DNA of 36,878 nucleotides. It comes from a virus (Duplodnaviria; Caudoviricetes). A program made the translations under genes and the position numbers. The stretch is taken from positions 1 through 36,878 of IMG/VR virus record IMGVR_UViG_3300017747_002624, one strand, 5' to 3'. Within the stretch, counting starts at the first letter, position 1. Each line of letters begins with the position of its first letter. This document shows positions 7,654-17,191 of this stretch, one piece after another. The notes under the pieces were generated by a model. That model did not search any database and had not been told where the DNA came from. It worked only from the letters and a program-made list of their open reading frames with translations.

Positions 7654-8075
7654 GGGAGCAGCGCCGCTTCCGCCTGTCGCCGGATCACCAGCCCCGGCAG
7701 CACTTTCCCGCCGCCCCGCACCCATTTGGCAAGCTCGACCTTCGCCGCCTCGTAGTCCCCGGCGTTGATCCGCTTTCGCAGGGTTGAGCCTCGCAGCGCC
7801 CCTAGACCCAAATTGTAGGCGAAGTCCGAAACCGCGCTCAAAGCGTCACCAGACAGCACAGGACACGCCAGAAGCGCCCCGCGTGCGAACTTGAGCGCAT
7901 CCATCTCCATGCGCCTGTCGGCGTACTCCTGCGTCCATACGCGCCCCGGAAACACATCCGCGCCGGTACTGCCCCATCCGCATGTCCAAACGCCTGCCGG
8001 ACAGATGTACGGGGTCAGCCTGCATCCCTCGAAACGGCGGATGAGCCGGTAAAGCTCGGCAAGGTCATTTGCCAC
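7650..8075 (-). CDS. Endolysin, GH24 lysozyme
   Basis: IRRFEGCRLTPYICPAGVWTCGWGST...FAYNLG...LPGLVIRRQAE. Confidence 0.93.
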   Translation of the reverse strand: MANDLAELYRLIRRFEGCRLTPYICPAGVWTCGWGSTGADVFPGRVWTQEYADRRMEMDALKFARGALLACPVLSGDALSAVSDFAYNLGLGALRGSTLRKRINAGDYEAAKVELAKWVRGGGKVLPGLVIRRQAEAALLP

Positions 8076-8529
8076 GTTTCATCAGGCTTCGGTCGGCAAC
8101 GTAGACCCCGAGGATCGCCGCCACCAGCTCGCGGTCCCAATCGTCCAACACCAGCCCCCGCGCAAGGATTTGGCCGACCACCGCCGCAATTGCAAGGGTA
8201 GCCAGCAAGGGGCGGACGGACCCGTTCCAGATGTCCAGAAACTTGATGCCGGTCGTTTTACCAACGTCCTTGACCGCTTGCAGCCACGCCTCGACCTCGG
8301 ATTTCTGCATCGCCACATCACCGGCAATCTGGATTTCCTTGACGCCGAGGTCAGATTGCAGCTTGATCCGTTCCATGTCGCGGGCGTGGCGCTTGTCCTC
8401 CATGTCGGCCTGAAGCCGCACCATCGCCTGTTCGTGTTCATGGTCTTGGCGCTTTTGCTTGTAGGAAGCCACTTCGCCCCAAATCATGCGAAAGACGGAC
8501 CCGCCGAGAAAAGAGATTAGAGCGTCCAT
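8065..8529 (-). CDS. Putative holin
   Basis: Hydrophobic segments and the WNGSVRP pattern; directly upstream of the endolysin; AGGA RBS. Confidence 0.6.
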   Translation of the reverse strand: MDALISFLGGSVFRMIWGEVASYKQKRQDHEHEQAMVRLQADMEDKRHARDMERIKLQSDLGVKEIQIAGDVAMQKSEVEAWLQAVKDVGKTTGIKFLDIWNGSVRPLLATLAIAAVVGQILARGLVLDDWDRELVAAILGVYVADRSLMKRGK

Positions 8530-8548
8530 TTCCTGTCCTTTCCTTTGT

Positions 8549-8884
8549 TCATGCAAACCAGCCGAGTTTCTGGAGCGCGGCCAGCCCGATCACAATTGCT
8601 CCCACGACCGACCCGCCCTTCCACGCAAACCGAGCCAGCAGGCAAATCGTTGCCCTCTGTTTGTCCAGGCGCTCGATCGGTTCGACCACGCTCACCAGCC
8701 GGTCGAGCTTGCCGCCCATGTCCTGCTGGCCGACCTCTACCGCGCCAACTCGGTTGGTCAGCACGTCCACCTTGTCCCGCACATCGTTGACCTTGCCGTG
8801 AAGATCCCGACGATCCGCCATGCTTTCCGCAAAGAACTCGCGGATAAGGGCGGAATCGATCTTCTGCTGTATTCGCTCAGTCAC
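8549..8884 (-). CDS. Coiled-coil protein with C-terminal TM helix (lysis region)
   Basis: GTGA-coupled start; heptad pattern followed by a hydrophobic tail. Confidence 0.6.
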   Translation of the reverse strand: MTERIQQKIDSALIREFFAESMADRRDLHGKVNDVRDKVDVLTNRVGAVEVGQQDMGGKLDRLVSVVEPIERLDKQRATICLLARFAWKGGSVVGAIVIGLAALQKLGWFA

Positions 8885-9231
8885 CACCAGCCGAGGGCTT
8901 TGACCGCCCCCGCCAATGCAGCCAGTCCGATGATTGAAGCGGCCACGGCCTTGACTGCCTTCACGCCGAATACGGCAATCGTGCATACCGCGTCGATGTG
9001 ATTGTTCAAGCGCTGCATGCTGGTCATCACGCCGGGGGACTTGTGCTCGTTGTCGTCGTCCTGAGCGAACATCGCCGCGTCCATGCGCTGCATCCATTGA
9101 TTCAACCTCGTGCGGAATTCGTCCGTTTTCCGGAGGTGTTCGTCAAATTCCTGCCGCGTCACCGTGTCCGGGCGGGTGCGCCGGTCGGTTCCGTCCCACA
9201 AATCGCGCCGGATTTTTTCTTGCACGCTCAC
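8881..9231 (-). CDS. Coiled-coil protein with C-terminal TM helix (lysis region)
   Basis: GTGA-coupled start; WDGTDRR; hydrophobic tail ending LGWW. Confidence 0.6.
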   Translation of the reverse strand: MSVQEKIRRDLWDGTDRRTRPDTVTRQEFDEHLRKTDEFRTRLNQWMQRMDAAMFAQDDDNEHKSPGVMTSMQRLNNHIDAVCTIAVFGVKAVKAVAASIIGLAALAGAVKALGWW

Positions 9232-9548
9232 GATATTTGTTGCGCCGCTTTCCACGCTTCGTATTCGGCTTTTACCTGCGGCGTGTGGACCGCGTTGCAC
9301 ACCGCAACCGCCCGCGCCCATTCCTCCGCAGGGATGGCAGGCCAAAGCATGTCGGCGCGAGTTGTGATGTTTTCGTTGACCTGTGCGAACCACACATCCG
9401 GGTCAGCGTCCGGCGTGAAGCACACCGTGTGCGGGTTGGACCGCATGACCTCGCGCCCGTCCTCTTCCATGACCATGAGGAAATGAGCGATAACGGAACG
9501 GCTCTCGGGCAGTTCCATTTCGGCTAGGAATACGCGCTTGGTAATCAT
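9228..9548 (-). CDS. Putative tail-fibre assembly/chaperone protein
   Basis: Follows the fibre gene; EDGREVMRS..H and AVCNAVHTPQVKAEY recur in fibre-adjacent proteins; GAGG RBS. Confidence 0.55.
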   Translation of the reverse strand: MITKRVFLAEMELPESRSVIAHFLMVMEEDGREVMRSNPHTVCFTPDADPDVWFAQVNENITTRADMLWPAIPAEEWARAVAVCNAVHTPQVKAEYEAWKAAQQIS

Positions 9549-9556
9549 GCGACCTC

Positions 9557-10507
9557 TCAGATGTGGAATGTGACGGAGAAACGGATTGCCGCGCCGTTGC
9601 CAAAAATTGCGGGACTGTTGGTGGCCGACACCCCCGCTGCGGTCAGGCTTTGAAACGTGACCAGCGTTGATGTTGCGTAGCACCAGAAGCCGAGGACGTT
9701 GACGGCAAGCGAGTTAAACGTGCCGACCTGTCCCGAAGCGGTCCCATTAACCGTAAATGGAAGTCCAGTCACCGTGGAAGTTGACCCCGTGCCTAGCGAA
9801 TTCACAGTCAATTCGCATTGGCAATTTATAAGCCGTCCCACCCGCGTATAAATTCCCGTCTGCGTCGTGTACGTCGCCGTGCCACCAAGCGTAGGCGTCC
9901 ACGTTCCTTCACCGTAGTAGGAAAGCGTGGTCTGCCCGAAGTTGATCGTCTTGTTCGTCAGCGCCTGCGTGGTCGTGGTCGTGACCAAAGCGCCGGTCGA
10001 TACGATCTGGAATTGCGTGCCGTCATACAGGATCTCGGCGGGGACGTTCTGGACCAGCTCGCCGCCCGTGCATGCAGCGTTGCGCAGATAGACGTTCTTC
10101 GCGCCCAATCCGTCGATATTGATGGTCGTCGCGCCGCTGTTCGTGTTCGCAGGCGTGAACACAAACCGTTGCCCGGACGCATAAGCCGTAATGACGGGGG
10201 ATGCTACGGCGGTGATTGTGTTTGTCCCGGCGATCGTCCCGAGGACCGCCCCGGCCCCGTTTTGCAATTGCGACATGCGCACCGAATCGGTGGACGCAGA
10301 TCCCGCCCCCAAGCCGGTAAGCTTGAACCCGCCAAGCGGAATATTGGCCGTGACGGTCGTCTGGCCGTCCTTCGTGATGGCGGTCGAAAGCCCGGTCGCA
10401 ATGTCATTGATGACCGAATTGAACTTCGCGGCCTCGATGAGCGTCCCGGCGACTGCCGGAAAGCTTGCGCCTGGCGGAGAAAATGAACCGCTGCCGTTGT
10501 AGGGCAT
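9557..10507 (-). CDS. Tail fibre / receptor-binding protein
   Basis: N-terminal MPYNGSG...NDIATGLS..ITKDG anchor; Thr/Gly-rich; C-terminal EGTWTPT...YTRVG...TGLPF domain. Confidence 0.8.
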   Translation of the reverse strand: MPYNGSGSFSPPGASFPAVAGTLIEAAKFNSVINDIATGLSTAITKDGQTTVTANIPLGGFKLTGLGAGSASTDSVRMSQLQNGAGAVLGTIAGTNTITAVASPVITAYASGQRFVFTPANTNSGATTINIDGLGAKNVYLRNAACTGGELVQNVPAEILYDGTQFQIVSTGALVTTTTTQALTNKTINFGQTTLSYYGEGTWTPTLGGTATYTTQTGIYTRVGRLINCQCELTVNSLGTGSTSTVTGLPFTVNGTASGQVGTFNSLAVNVLGFWCYATSTLVTFQSLTAAGVSATNSPAIFGNGAAIRFSVTFHI

Positions 10508-10568
10508 GGCTTACCTCAATTCATGGGGTTTCCCTTCCTCGCAGCCGGTTTGTGGGTATAATTTTTGT

Positions 10569-10718
10569 GTGAGTTCTCAAACATCATTGGCGCTCGCGCT
10601 GATCCTCAAGCCGTTTGCGCTTCTGCTCTTTCTTTGTGCGCTGGCGTCGGTTCGCATCGTTATTGATCGCTATTGGCCGGATTCAAGGGTCAAGCGCCTA
10701 TTGCTGCGCCGCGTTTAG
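10569..10718 (+). CDS. Antisense-oriented 49-aa membrane protein (moron-like)
   Basis: Perfect TATAAT at 10557-10562, then in-frame GTG at 10569; one long hydrophobic helix and a basic tail. Confidence 0.55.
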   Translation: MSSQTSLALALILKPFALLLFLCALASVRIVIDRYWPDSRVKRLLLRRV

Positions 10719-12608
10719 CGCGGGAGCAGACATGCCCAAAGGCGTGAGCGTGCGCGAGGCAATCAGCGCCGCAATCTCCGCCCGCCGTGAAGGTGTCGCC
10801 GATTGCATCATCCGCGCCGCTTCTTTCGGGTCCAGCAGGCCCAAAGCAAGCTTCTCCGCAATCTCCTTGTTCGCCCGCCCGTAAGCCGCATCCGCCGCCC
10901 GTCCTGCAAGGTTGGCCGGGATCTGCGCAAGCGAGAAATTGCGAACAAAGGTCGGCACCCCGGCCTGATCAATCAAGTTCGTGTAGGCCAGCTTCTGCAC
11001 CGTGTCCGAGCCTGCGCCGCGCCCCGCGTCCCGCGCCATTACCGCCCGCGCCACGTCCTGCTTGATCGCATCCAGCTTCGCCAGTTGCTCCGGCGTCATC
11101 ACCTTGTCGAGCGTGGCTCCCTTGAAGCCGGTGGCGCTTGCCGCCGTGGAGTCGTCCAGCGCTCGAGCAAAGTTCTGCGGCTTGAGCGTCCCGGTAAGAC
11201 GGTCCACGGACTTGTCGGCGATCGTCTGCGCAATGTCCATCTGGTTGATGGGCCTGCTCATCTCAGCGAAGGTTTCCACCGCCTCGGCGTACTTGGGCGA
11301 TATGGTTTCCAGCGTTGTGTCTAACCTGCTTTTGAGCGCGGTCAGAATGCGCTTCTCGTTGCTGCCTTTGGCCTCGCCGATCATGTCCGAAAGCGCCCGC
11401 CGTGCGTAGTCCAGTCCCTGCACCGATCCGTCCGGGCTGAGCGCCTTCCCGCGCATGTTCGGGTCATTCAGCATCAGCGTCCGGGCGCGTTTTGAAGCTT
11501 CCTTCATCGCGGGCGTTTGCATCAGCTTGGTGATTTCGCCCTTGCGTGCCGCCTGCTCCGCTTTGCTCAGGAATTGGCCTGTTGCCGCGTCCCGGCTCAG
11601 ATCCACCCCGGCGTCATAGGCTTCCTTGTAAAGCTTGTCCGCCGCCGTCCTGCGGCTTGCGTCAAAGAATTCCCGCTGTCCGGTGCTGCCTGCCATGTCC
11701 TCCAACACACCCACCCGCGCCGCGTTCTGCGCTGCCTGGCGCTCTGAGTGCGCAACGGTGGCCTCCGGGCTGACTGCGACCGCCGCCCGCTCCATCGCCG
11801 CAATCCCTGCGTTCTTGGAGGCTTGGCCAGCGGTCGGGATCGACCCCGGCACGTACTCGGGCGCATTCATGAGAGCTTGCGTTACCTCGTCCGCCTTGCC
11901 GCCCGAGGCGTTGCGCAGCGCCCGCCCGATGATCTGATCCTTGCCGCCCTCGTAGAACGGCTCAAGCGCCGCCTTCCCGGCCTTGAAGGCTCGCGTTGCC
12001 ACCGGAACCGCCGCCGTTGCACCTGCGCCTATCAGCGTGTTCGACAGGCGCTCGCCGCCGTCCGCTGCGGGCTGGATCATGCCTTGCGCGGCTCCCACGC
12101 CCAACGCCGCCGGAATGCTGGTCGGAGCCATCGCCACGCCTCCCGCCGCCGATAGCGCCTGCGCCACCCGAGCCGAGGCCGGGAGCGCTGCTGCGACCGT
12201 TCCTGCGCCTTTGAGGGCCGCGCCGGGACCAAGCGCCATCCCCACGTTCCCGGCGATGTTCCCGGCCATACCTGCGCCCGTATCCATCAACGGACGATCG
12301 CGCTTGCGGCCCTCGATCACGTCCGCCGTGATCTGCGCCGTATCCATGCCGGGAACCACGTAGGAGGCCAATTGCTTCAGGCCGAGGCCGGTATCGGCAA
12401 TTGCCTTGCCTGCGCCTGCCGCGAACTTCTGCACGCCCGACATGCCTTCGGTGGCCATGTTCGTGTTGTCCAGCGCGTCCGGTGCGCGTCCTACGGTCTT
12501 TCCCTGCTTGGAAAGCTGGTAGGCGCTCGCCACGGTGTCGAATTCAGGCGTGCCCTTCTTGTCCTGATTGGCGACGATCCACGCGGCGTATTCGGCGGCG
12601 GTGGCCAT
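10698..12608 (-). CDS. DNA ejection / internal virion protein
   Basis: 636 aa, Ala/Gly-rich and helical; position between nozzle and fibre as in P22-like podoviruses. Confidence 0.7.
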   Translation of the reverse strand: MATAAEYAAWIVANQDKKGTPEFDTVASAYQLSKQGKTVGRAPDALDNTNMATEGMSGVQKFAAGAGKAIADTGLGLKQLASYVVPGMDTAQITADVIEGRKRDRPLMDTGAGMAGNIAGNVGMALGPGAALKGAGTVAAALPASARVAQALSAAGGVAMAPTSIPAALGVGAAQGMIQPAADGGERLSNTLIGAGATAAVPVATRAFKAGKAALEPFYEGGKDQIIGRALRNASGGKADEVTQALMNAPEYVPGSIPTAGQASKNAGIAAMERAAVAVSPEATVAHSERQAAQNAARVGVLEDMAGSTGQREFFDASRRTAADKLYKEAYDAGVDLSRDAATGQFLSKAEQAARKGEITKLMQTPAMKEASKRARTLMLNDPNMRGKALSPDGSVQGLDYARRALSDMIGEAKGSNEKRILTALKSRLDTTLETISPKYAEAVETFAEMSRPINQMDIAQTIADKSVDRLTGTLKPQNFARALDDSTAASATGFKGATLDKVMTPEQLAKLDAIKQDVARAVMARDAGRGAGSDTVQKLAYTNLIDQAGVPTFVRNFSLAQIPANLAGRAADAAYGRANKEIAEKLALGLLDPKEAARMMQSATPSRRAEIAALIASRTLTPLGMSAPALNAAQQ

Positions 12609-13990
12609 TACTTGCCGTCCCTCTTGCTGCCCCGCAGAATGGCATCCGCTTGGTCAATCACCGAAGGCGTTGCACGTTCGGCCTTGGTCGAGAAGAGCGG
12701 GCTTGCGTCCGCATACCGCTGCAATTCCGCGTAGAAGCCCTCGTTCATGCTGCCGTTCTTCTGCCGGTACTCGCGTGCGAGTCGCGCCACGTCCTGATCG
12801 CGCTTGGCAAGCTTGCGGGCCGTCTCGATGATGAGGCGATTTCCTTCGGGCGTCTTGGCCAGCCCCGGCGTCATGCCAACAAGGAATTCGCGGTCCTTGT
12901 CCGACATTGCCCCCGGCATGCCCGCGCCGCCTGCCGGATTGCGCAACTGCAGGGCAATCTCGGAGGACAGCGCCTGCGCCGCCTGCTTGTTGCCGAGGTT
13001 CTTGTCGATCTTGATGCCCATGCTCTCGGCGAGCGCTGCGACCTCCGTCCCGAGCGGCGTCAGCTTTCCTGTGTTCACGCCATCAAGCAGCCCCTGCATG
13101 CGATCCAGGCGCGAAAGCTTGCCGTTTGCTTCTACCCCGGCATTCAGGATTGAGGAATACTGATCGCCGAAGGCTTTCCCGACCGTCTGCGCCTCAGCGC
13201 CTTCCTGCTTGATCGTCACATTGTTGGAGGCGCTCGGCTGGTGCGTGGTCGTCTTGGTGAGCGCCTGCCTGAAAATCTGCTGCGCGGCTGGGCTGTTCGG
13301 GTCGATCCCCGAGGCCACCATCAAGGCTTTCAGGTCATCCGCAGGCGTCTTGACCGGCTTTTCAGGTGCGGTGAATACCGGCGCAACCGTCCCACCCGCG
13401 CCCCTCGGCTCGGGTACGAGACTGCCCGCCACCACATGGAATTTCGGATCTTTTGGCGCGGTCACGATCGGCTGGCGCGTCACCGGATCAATGAGCGAAT
13501 CCCCCGCGCTCATCTTGATCGGCTGCGTGGACTTTTGCATCCGCTCGTAGTCCATCATCCCCATTTGCCGGATCGGCGCATACGGACTCGTCAGCGCCTC
13601 CATGACGCGCTTTCGCGGGTCCGGGGCGACGGTCGCGGACGGCATGGGGTTGCCCTCGTCATCGTTCGGCGTGAGGGGCGGCAGCTCCTGCGGCTGGCCT
13701 GCGTCGGTGTACTTGCGCACCGCGTCGGCCACACCTTCGTTGTACTTTTGCCCCAAGCCCTGCATGTTCCGGTCCGACTGCTCGATACCCTTTCCGGCCC
13801 CGTAGGCAGACAGCATCTGCGCGATGCCCTGAAGCGGGCTGTACGGCGTCACGTAGCCGCCCGCCATCTGCTGCTGGTACGGTTGCTGCGCCCGCTGCAT
13901 CAGGGCCTCGGCCATGCGCCTGCGGCCCGCGATGCGCTGCTGCTCGATCGCCAGTTCGGGAGGCAGTCCGCCTGCAATGTTCATGTCCAT
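12608..13990 (-). CDS. DNA ejection / internal virion protein
   Basis: 460 aa; GAMSDKDREFL...P.L..TPEGN pattern; gene order. Confidence 0.7.
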   Translation of the reverse strand: MDMNIAGGLPPELAIEQQRIAGRRRMAEALMQRAQQPYQQQMAGGYVTPYSPLQGIAQMLSAYGAGKGIEQSDRNMQGLGQKYNEGVADAVRKYTDAGQPQELPPLTPNDDEGNPMPSATVAPDPRKRVMEALTSPYAPIRQMGMMDYERMQKSTQPIKMSAGDSLIDPVTRQPIVTAPKDPKFHVVAGSLVPEPRGAGGTVAPVFTAPEKPVKTPADDLKALMVASGIDPNSPAAQQIFRQALTKTTTHQPSASNNVTIKQEGAEAQTVGKAFGDQYSSILNAGVEANGKLSRLDRMQGLLDGVNTGKLTPLGTEVAALAESMGIKIDKNLGNKQAAQALSSEIALQLRNPAGGAGMPGAMSDKDREFLVGMTPGLAKTPEGNRLIIETARKLAKRDQDVARLAREYRQKNGSMNEGFYAELQRYADASPLFSTKAERATPSVIDQADAILRGSKRDGK

Positions 13991-13993
13991 GCG

Positions 13994-15082
13994 CTACCCC
14001 GTCAAGAATTTGAACGTGCCAGCAGGCGACATCATCGCCGCGCCTCCCAAGCTGAATAGGCCGCTGGTTGTCGCGTTCGATTGCGCCTGCCCCGCGTTGT
14101 AAGCGTTCTGCCCCGCCTGCCCCTGTGCGGCCGCGCCCTGCATGATCGGAGCAGGCTGTACGGTCGTCCCGGTGTAGTTCTGGAACTGCGGCATCGACAC
14201 CTGCGACCCGGAGCGCAGCGCGGAAATCTCGTTGAGCGGCGTCTGCCGCTGCGTGAGCAGCTCGGTAATCGCCTGCTGTCTGCGCTGGGTATCCATCCCG
14301 AAGTCCCGCGAGGCTTCCGCCCCGGCCTGCACATCGGCCTGCAAGCGCGAATCGGTCATCTGGCGATCTAGGCGCTCCATCTCCCGGTTGTACGCCTCCG
14401 ACCCCGGAGGAATGCCCCGCGCAATCAGGTTCGCGCTCGTGGCGTCCCGATCCCGCTCAATGTCCGTGTTCACCCGCGACAGCAGCGCATCGCGCACCTT
14501 TGAGCGGGTGTCCCCGGCGCTCCCCGGCATGGCAGGCAGCGGCGAAAAATCCACGTTCTGCCCGAGGATGCTTCCGGCCTTGTTGACCGCCGTCAGACCG
14601 AGGTCGGCCAACCCCTTTTGGCCGCGCTCGTTTGTGTCGAAAATGGCCTGCTGATTGGGCGAAAGGGTTTGCTTGACCGTCGCTTGGTCGGAGTTGTTGT
14701 ACGTCGTGTACTGCTCTTTCGTCGGAGCAGGCCCGGACGATCCGCCGCCCTGTTGCCATTGGGCCATCGCCGCATCAAACGCAGTTTGGTCAAACTGATT
14801 CGACAATCCCTGCTCTGAATCGAATCGGTTGTTGAACTGCGGCGCGTTGCGGTTCGGGGCGGCTTGGACATTTCCGCCCGCGTTGTACTTCGACATCGCC
14901 GCGTTGTAGCCCGCCTCGTCAAACGTGGGAGACCCCCACGTGACAATCTGCGAGCCGGTCGGCGTCAGGATGTTCGGGTTGGACCCCCGAAGGGTGGCGC
15001 GGGCGGCTTCGACATTGGCCTGGCCCTGCGCTTGGGCGGCGGCTCCGTAATCAGGCGGTGCAGGCGGCGACGGTGCGCACAT
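13994..15082 (-). CDS. DNA ejection (pilot) protein
   Basis: PSPPAPPDY..AA.AQ N-terminus; Gln/Ala-rich; GLFSLGGAAM C-terminus. Confidence 0.7.
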   Translation of the reverse strand: MCAPSPPAPPDYGAAAQAQGQANVEAARATLRGSNPNILTPTGSQIVTWGSPTFDEAGYNAAMSKYNAGGNVQAAPNRNAPQFNNRFDSEQGLSNQFDQTAFDAAMAQWQQGGGSSGPAPTKEQYTTYNNSDQATVKQTLSPNQQAIFDTNERGQKGLADLGLTAVNKAGSILGQNVDFSPLPAMPGSAGDTRSKVRDALLSRVNTDIERDRDATSANLIARGIPPGSEAYNREMERLDRQMTDSRLQADVQAGAEASRDFGMDTQRRQQAITELLTQRQTPLNEISALRSGSQVSMPQFQNYTGTTVQPAPIMQGAAAQGQAGQNAYNAGQAQSNATTSGLFSLGGAAMMSPAGTFKFLTG

Positions 15083-15626
15083 GTTCAAACTCCATAACAG
15101 GCTCCGTTATGGCGCTGTCAGCGCACCCCTGAGAGAGGGCCGTCCCGGACTGGGGGGACGCTTCGATTGTAGAGGATTTCAGGTGTTTTGAATACTGCAA
15201 GGAAACCGGCTTGTATCCGAGGTATTCAAGGATCTTTCCGGCATGGTTGGTCAGCTTCGCGGTCATGCCGATTTCGACCACCCCGCGCCGCTGCATCTCG
15301 TCCTCAACAAATCGATGAAAGGCGAGCGCATTGCGGCCTTTGCGGTAGTCCGGCAGAAGGAACCACGTATCTTCCGTGGCAATAATCTGCTGCGTGTGCA
15401 TGCTCGGCGTGACGTACATCCCGGCATAGCCCACCATCCGCCCCTCATCCCGCGCCGTGAACATCAGGTAAAAGCCAATGTCGTTGTACTGAAAATAGCG
15501 GTACGCATCTGGGGCGAATACCTGCCCATGCCGATAGCCTTCGGTCTCGCTCCAATGCTCTGAGGCCAGCCGAAGGATGTCGCCCCAAATGGGTTTGAGC
15601 GGCTCAAGCGCAAATTGCAGTTTCAC
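15051..15626 (-). CDS. GNAT-fold acetyltransferase-like virion assembly protein
   Basis: ARDEGRMVGY...FLLPDYRKG...LEYLGY; between nozzle and ejection genes; GGAGG RBS before GTG. Confidence 0.75.
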   Translation of the reverse strand: MKLQFALEPLKPIWGDILRLASEHWSETEGYRHGQVFAPDAYRYFQYNDIGFYLMFTARDEGRMVGYAGMYVTPSMHTQQIIATEDTWFLLPDYRKGRNALAFHRFVEDEMQRRGVVEIGMTAKLTNHAGKILEYLGYKPVSLQYSKHLKSSTIEASPQSGTALSQGCADSAITEPVMEFEHVRTVAACTA

Positions 15627-17191
15627 AGGATGCCTCCCACTTCGTACACGAAGTCCGACGACATCCATTGGATTGTCAGCAGGTTGGTCGCAATCTTGAT
15701 CTTGCCTGCCGCGCAATACCCCACGTTCCGTTGCGGGGAGGTCCAGTCCTTCAGCACCTCCAGATTCGCGGCCCAATAGGACGTGTCCCAAATCGCCGTA
15801 TTCCAAAGCCCCCCGGCGCTCACGTTGTAGGTCGCCTCGCCCGAAATCACTTCATCCCGGAAGTCCACATCAAGGCCTGTCAGGAAGGACAGATTGCCGT
15901 TGGCCGAGAACACCGGGCGGAACAGCACAAAGCGCTTTTCGCGCCCCTCCGCCCCAAAGTAGGAAAACGCCTGTTTTGCCTCGATGACGATGTTGCTGCC
16001 CTGATCGTCGGTCCCGGTCCATGCCTTGGTTACCTGTCCGGCTTCGCCGTAGTACAGCTCGCCGTTCAACAGACCGAAGGTTTGCGCCCCCCACGCATTG
16101 AACGAGCACCATGATTTGGTTGTGGTGTTCATCACGTACTGCTCTTGCGAGCCTGTCTCGTCCACCGGCACATTGAACAGCAGCGCGTTCTGCGCGGGGT
16201 AGAGAATGGCCTCCCATCCGAAGTTCGACCCGTACAGCCGCGCCGCCTGCGTGAACGCGGTTTCGATCTTGTTGGTCAGCGACAGGCGCCGGTCGATGGT
16301 GGCCGATTGCAGCGCCGCAGCAAGCGGATACGCGCCGTTCTGCGTGATGAGAACCAGATCGCCGCCGTAGTTCACAAAACAGCGCCGGGAGAGCGGCTGG
16401 CCGAGGAAATAGACGCCCTTTAGGCTCCAGTTCGCCGACACCGAAGGATTGGTCCCGGTATAGACCGCAATTTCACCCTTGCTCGTCACGAACACCGCGT
16501 AATCGTCCGGGCCTGCGCCGCCGTCGAATGTCCATGTTGCCATCGCCATCAACTGGCCGCCCTGCTTGCACACCGAGGACAAATCGAACTCGGTCAATGC
16601 CCCGCCTGCCGCACCCGCCGCGAGATACCAGAAAGAAAGCGAATCCTTCTGGATGAAGAACAAGCGCCCCTGATAGACCATCACATGAATCAACGAGGTC
16701 GTTGCAATCCCGGTCAGCGCGGGGGTCGATACGCCGTCCACCGTGATCCATGCCGAGCCGTTGTAATACAGGGCCTTGTCGGTCCCGTTCACCATAATCA
16801 GGTAGTTGCTGGTCCCGTCGCCGAAATTGGCGGTCTGCCATTTGGCCTCGGTCGAGGTCACCGCCTCCGCCGCCCCCACCGCACCGGCTGCTGTCACATC
16901 CCACACGCCCGAGCTTGTCGCCGCGAACATCTTGTTGGTCCCGGAGAGCGCGTTGTAGGTCGCAATCGTTTTGACCGTCCCGGTGATGCCGGTCGCGTGC
17001 GCATCGCTGCCGCCCCGGCCCTCGCAATACGAGGTTCGCGGGAACACGTTTATCAGGTACACCGCATCGATCGGCGGCATGGCGGCGAGCGCGTCTCGCG
17101 CATTCCAGCCTCCCACAGGCGCGGGGTAACTCTGCGAGCCGGTAATCTGCTGGCGTTGCGCCTGCCCCTTTGATCGGATCGCAGCCCTCAA
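15623..17191 (-). CDS. Tail nozzle / packaged-DNA stabilisation protein
   Basis: PAPVGGWNARD start; beta-rich; follows the adaptor; TTG start overlaps the upstream stop. Confidence 0.75.
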   Translation of the reverse strand: MRAAIRSKGQAQRQQITGSQSYPAPVGGWNARDALAAMPPIDAVYLINVFPRTSYCEGRGGSDAHATGITGTVKTIATYNALSGTNKMFAATSSGVWDVTAAGAVGAAEAVTSTEAKWQTANFGDGTSNYLIMVNGTDKALYYNGSAWITVDGVSTPALTGIATTSLIHVMVYQGRLFFIQKDSLSFWYLAAGAAGGALTEFDLSSVCKQGGQLMAMATWTFDGGAGPDDYAVFVTSKGEIAVYTGTNPSVSANWSLKGVYFLGQPLSRRCFVNYGGDLVLITQNGAYPLAAALQSATIDRRLSLTNKIETAFTQAARLYGSNFGWEAILYPAQNALLFNVPVDETGSQEQYVMNTTTKSWCSFNAWGAQTFGLLNGELYYGEAGQVTKAWTGTDDQGSNIVIEAKQAFSYFGAEGREKRFVLFRPVFSANGNLSFLTGLDVDFRDEVISGEATYNVSAGGLWNTAIWDTSYWAANLEVLKDWTSPQRNVGYCAAGKIKIATNLLTIQWMSSDFVYEVGGIL

